Shown in pieces: positions 61,358 to 64,000 of a stretch of 64,000 nucleotides of DNA. The position numbers were made by a program, and so were the translations under genes. Under the pieces are notes generated by a model that was not told the origin of the DNA, made no database searches, and saw only the letters and a list, made by a program, of their open reading frames with translations. Within the stretch, counting starts at the first letter, position 1, and each line of letters begins with the position of its first letter. The stretch is from Nemertoderma westbladi (Eukaryota > Animalia > Xenacoelomorpha): assembly GCA_032718475.1 (NCBI GenBank), contig JAUCBJ010008176.1, forward strand, positions 1 through 64,000. The letters are read 5' to 3'.

Positions 61358-64000
61358 TTCCATCTTGCACGAGCTCTCGCGCCACATCCCACGGGTTCCA
61401 TCATCTCAGCTGTATGAACACCTCCATCTTCCACGATCACTCGCGCCACATCCCACGGGTTCCATCATCTCAGCTGTATGAACACCTCCATCTTCCACGA
61501 TCACTCGCGCCACATCCCACGGATTTCATCATCTCAGCTGTATGAACACCTCCATCTTGCACGAGCTCTCGCGCCACATCCCACGGGTTGCATCATCTCA
61601 GCTGTATGAACACCTCCATCTTCCACGATCACTCGCGCCACATCCCACGGGTTCCATCATCTCAGCTGTATGAACACCTCCATCTTCCACGATCACTCGC
61701 GCCACATCCCACGGATTTCATCATCTCAGCTGTATGAACACCTCCATCTTGCACGAGCTCTCGCGCCACATCCCACGGGTTGCATCATCTCAGCTGTATG
61801 AACACCTCAATCTTCTACGATCACTCGCGCCACATCCCACGGGTTCCATCATCTCAGCTGTATGAACACCTCCATCTTCCACGATCACTCGCGCCACATC
61901 CCACGGATTTCATCATCTCAGCTGTATGAACACCTCCATCTTGCACGAGCTCTCGCGCCACATCCCACGGGTTGCATCATCTCAGCTGTATGAACACCTC
62001 CATCTTCCACGATCACTCGCGCCACATCCCACGGGTTCCATCATCTCAGCTGTATGAACACCTCCATCTTCCACGATCACTCGCGCCACATCCCACGGTT
62101 CCATCATCTCAGCTGTATGAACACCTCCCTCTTCCACGATCACTCGCGCCACATCCCACGGGTTCCATCATCTCAACTGTATGAACACCTCCATCTTCCA
62201 CGAGCTCTCGCGCCACATCCCACGGGTTCCATCATCTCAGCTGTATGAACACCTCCATCTTCCACGAGCTCTCCCGCCACATCCCACGGGTTCCATCATC
62301 TCAGCTGTATGAACACCTCCATCTTCCACGATCACTCGCGCCACATCCCACGGGTTCCATCATCTCAGCTGTATGAACACCTCCATCTTCCATGATCACT
62401 CGCGCCACATCCCACGGATTTCATCATCTCAGCTGTATGAACACCTCCATCTTGCACGAGCTCTCGCGCCACATCCCACGGGTTGCATCATCTCAGCTGT
62501 ATGAACACCTCCATCTTCCACGATCACTCGCGCCACATCCCACGGGTTCCATCATCTCAGCTGTATGAACACCTCCATCTTCCACGATCACTCGCGCCAC
62601 ATCCCACGGGTTCCATCATCTCAGCTGTATGAACACCTCCATCTTCCACGATCACTCGCGCCACATCCCACGGGTTCCATCATCTCAACTGTATGAACAC
62701 CTCCATCTTCCACGAGCTCTCGCGCCACATCCCACGGGTTCCATCATCTCAGCTGTATGAACACCTCCATCTTCCACGAGCTCTCCCGCCACATCCCACG
62801 GGTTCCATCATCTCAGCTGTATGAACACCTTCATCTTCCACGATCACTCGCGCCACATCCCACGGGTTCCATCATCTCAGCTGTATGAACACCTCCATCG
62901 TCCATGATCACTCGCGCCACATCCCACGGGTTCCATCATCTCAGCTGTATGAACACCTCCATCTTCCACGAGCTCTCGCGCCACATCCCACGGGTTCCAT
63001 CATCTCAGCTGTATGAACACCTCCATCTTCCACGATCACTCGCGCCACATCCCACGGATTTCATCATCTCAGCTGTATGAACACCTCCATCTTGCACGAG
63101 CTCTCGCGCCACATCCCACGGGTTGCATCATCTCAGCTGTATGAACACCTCCATCTTCCACGATCACTCGCGCCACATCCCACGGGTTCCATCATCTCAG
63201 CTGTATGAACACCTCCATCTTCCATGATCACTCGCGCCACATCCCACGGATTTCATCATCTCAGCTGTATGAACACCTCCATCTTGCACGAGCTCTCGCG
63301 CCACATCCCACGGGTTGCATCATCTCAGCTGTATGAACACCTCCATCTTCCACGATCACTCGCGCCACATCCCACGGGTTCCATCATCTCAGCTGTATGA
63401 ACACCTCCATCTTCCACGATCACTCGCGCCACATCCCACGGGTTCCATCATCTCAGCTGTATGAACACCTCCATCTTCCACGATCACTCGCGCCACATCC
63501 CACGGGTTCCATCATCTCAACTGTATGAACACCTCCATCTTCCACGAGCTCTCGCGCCACATCCCACGGGTTCCATCATCTTAGCTGTATGAACACCTCC
63601 ATCTTCCACGAGCTCTCCCGCCACATCCCACGGGTTCCATCATCTCAGCTGTATGAACACCTTCATCTTCCACGATCACTCGCACCACATCCCACGGGTT
63701 CCATCATCTCAGCTGTATGAACACCTCCATCGTCCATGATCACTCGCGCCACATCCCACGGGTTCCATCATCTCAGCTGTATGAACACCTCCATCTTCCA
63801 CGAGCTCTCGCGCCACATCCCACGAGTTCCATCATCTCAGCTGTATGAACACCTCCATCTCCCACGAGCTCTCCCGCCACATCCCACGGGTTCCATCATC
63901 TCAGCTGTATGAATACCTCCATCTTCCACGATCACTCGCGCCACATCCCACGGGTTCCATCATCTCAGCTGTATGAGCACCTCCATCTTCCACGAGCTCT
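61358..64000. repeat. 64-bp satellite, more than 41 copies, runs off the window
   Basis: Unit CGCCACATCCCACGGGTTCCATCATCTCAGCTGTATGAACACCTCCATCTTCCACGATCACTCG. Confidence 0.95.

Overview
Repeat-rich animal (probably invertebrate) genomic DNA with two convergent genes. AAMP is an intronless WD40 gene on the + strand (11816-13048). CREBRF/REPTOR is a bZIP gene on the - strand with 7 coding exons (48257 to 19480, about 838 aa; all introns GT-AG with matching phases). The rest is non-autonomous DNA transposons (TA-, hAT- and CAC-type MITEs, DINE-1/HINE-like elements), LINE and Penelope fragments, tRNA-derived SINE heads and about ten tandem arrays. The most unusual feature is the 18.7-kb CREBRF intron 5, which is about 94% satellite, and whose arrays appear to be amplified exon/5'-splice-site junctions. 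A 50-bp unit (about 90 copies) is the last 37 nt of bZIP exon 5 plus its GTGAGT donor. A 59/60-bp array looks like an older derivative of that unit. A 9.7-kb GGGAAT satellite surrounds a lone hnRNP L/Smooth-like RRM exon and reiterates that exon's donor junction. All homology calls come from reading the sequence; no searches were run.
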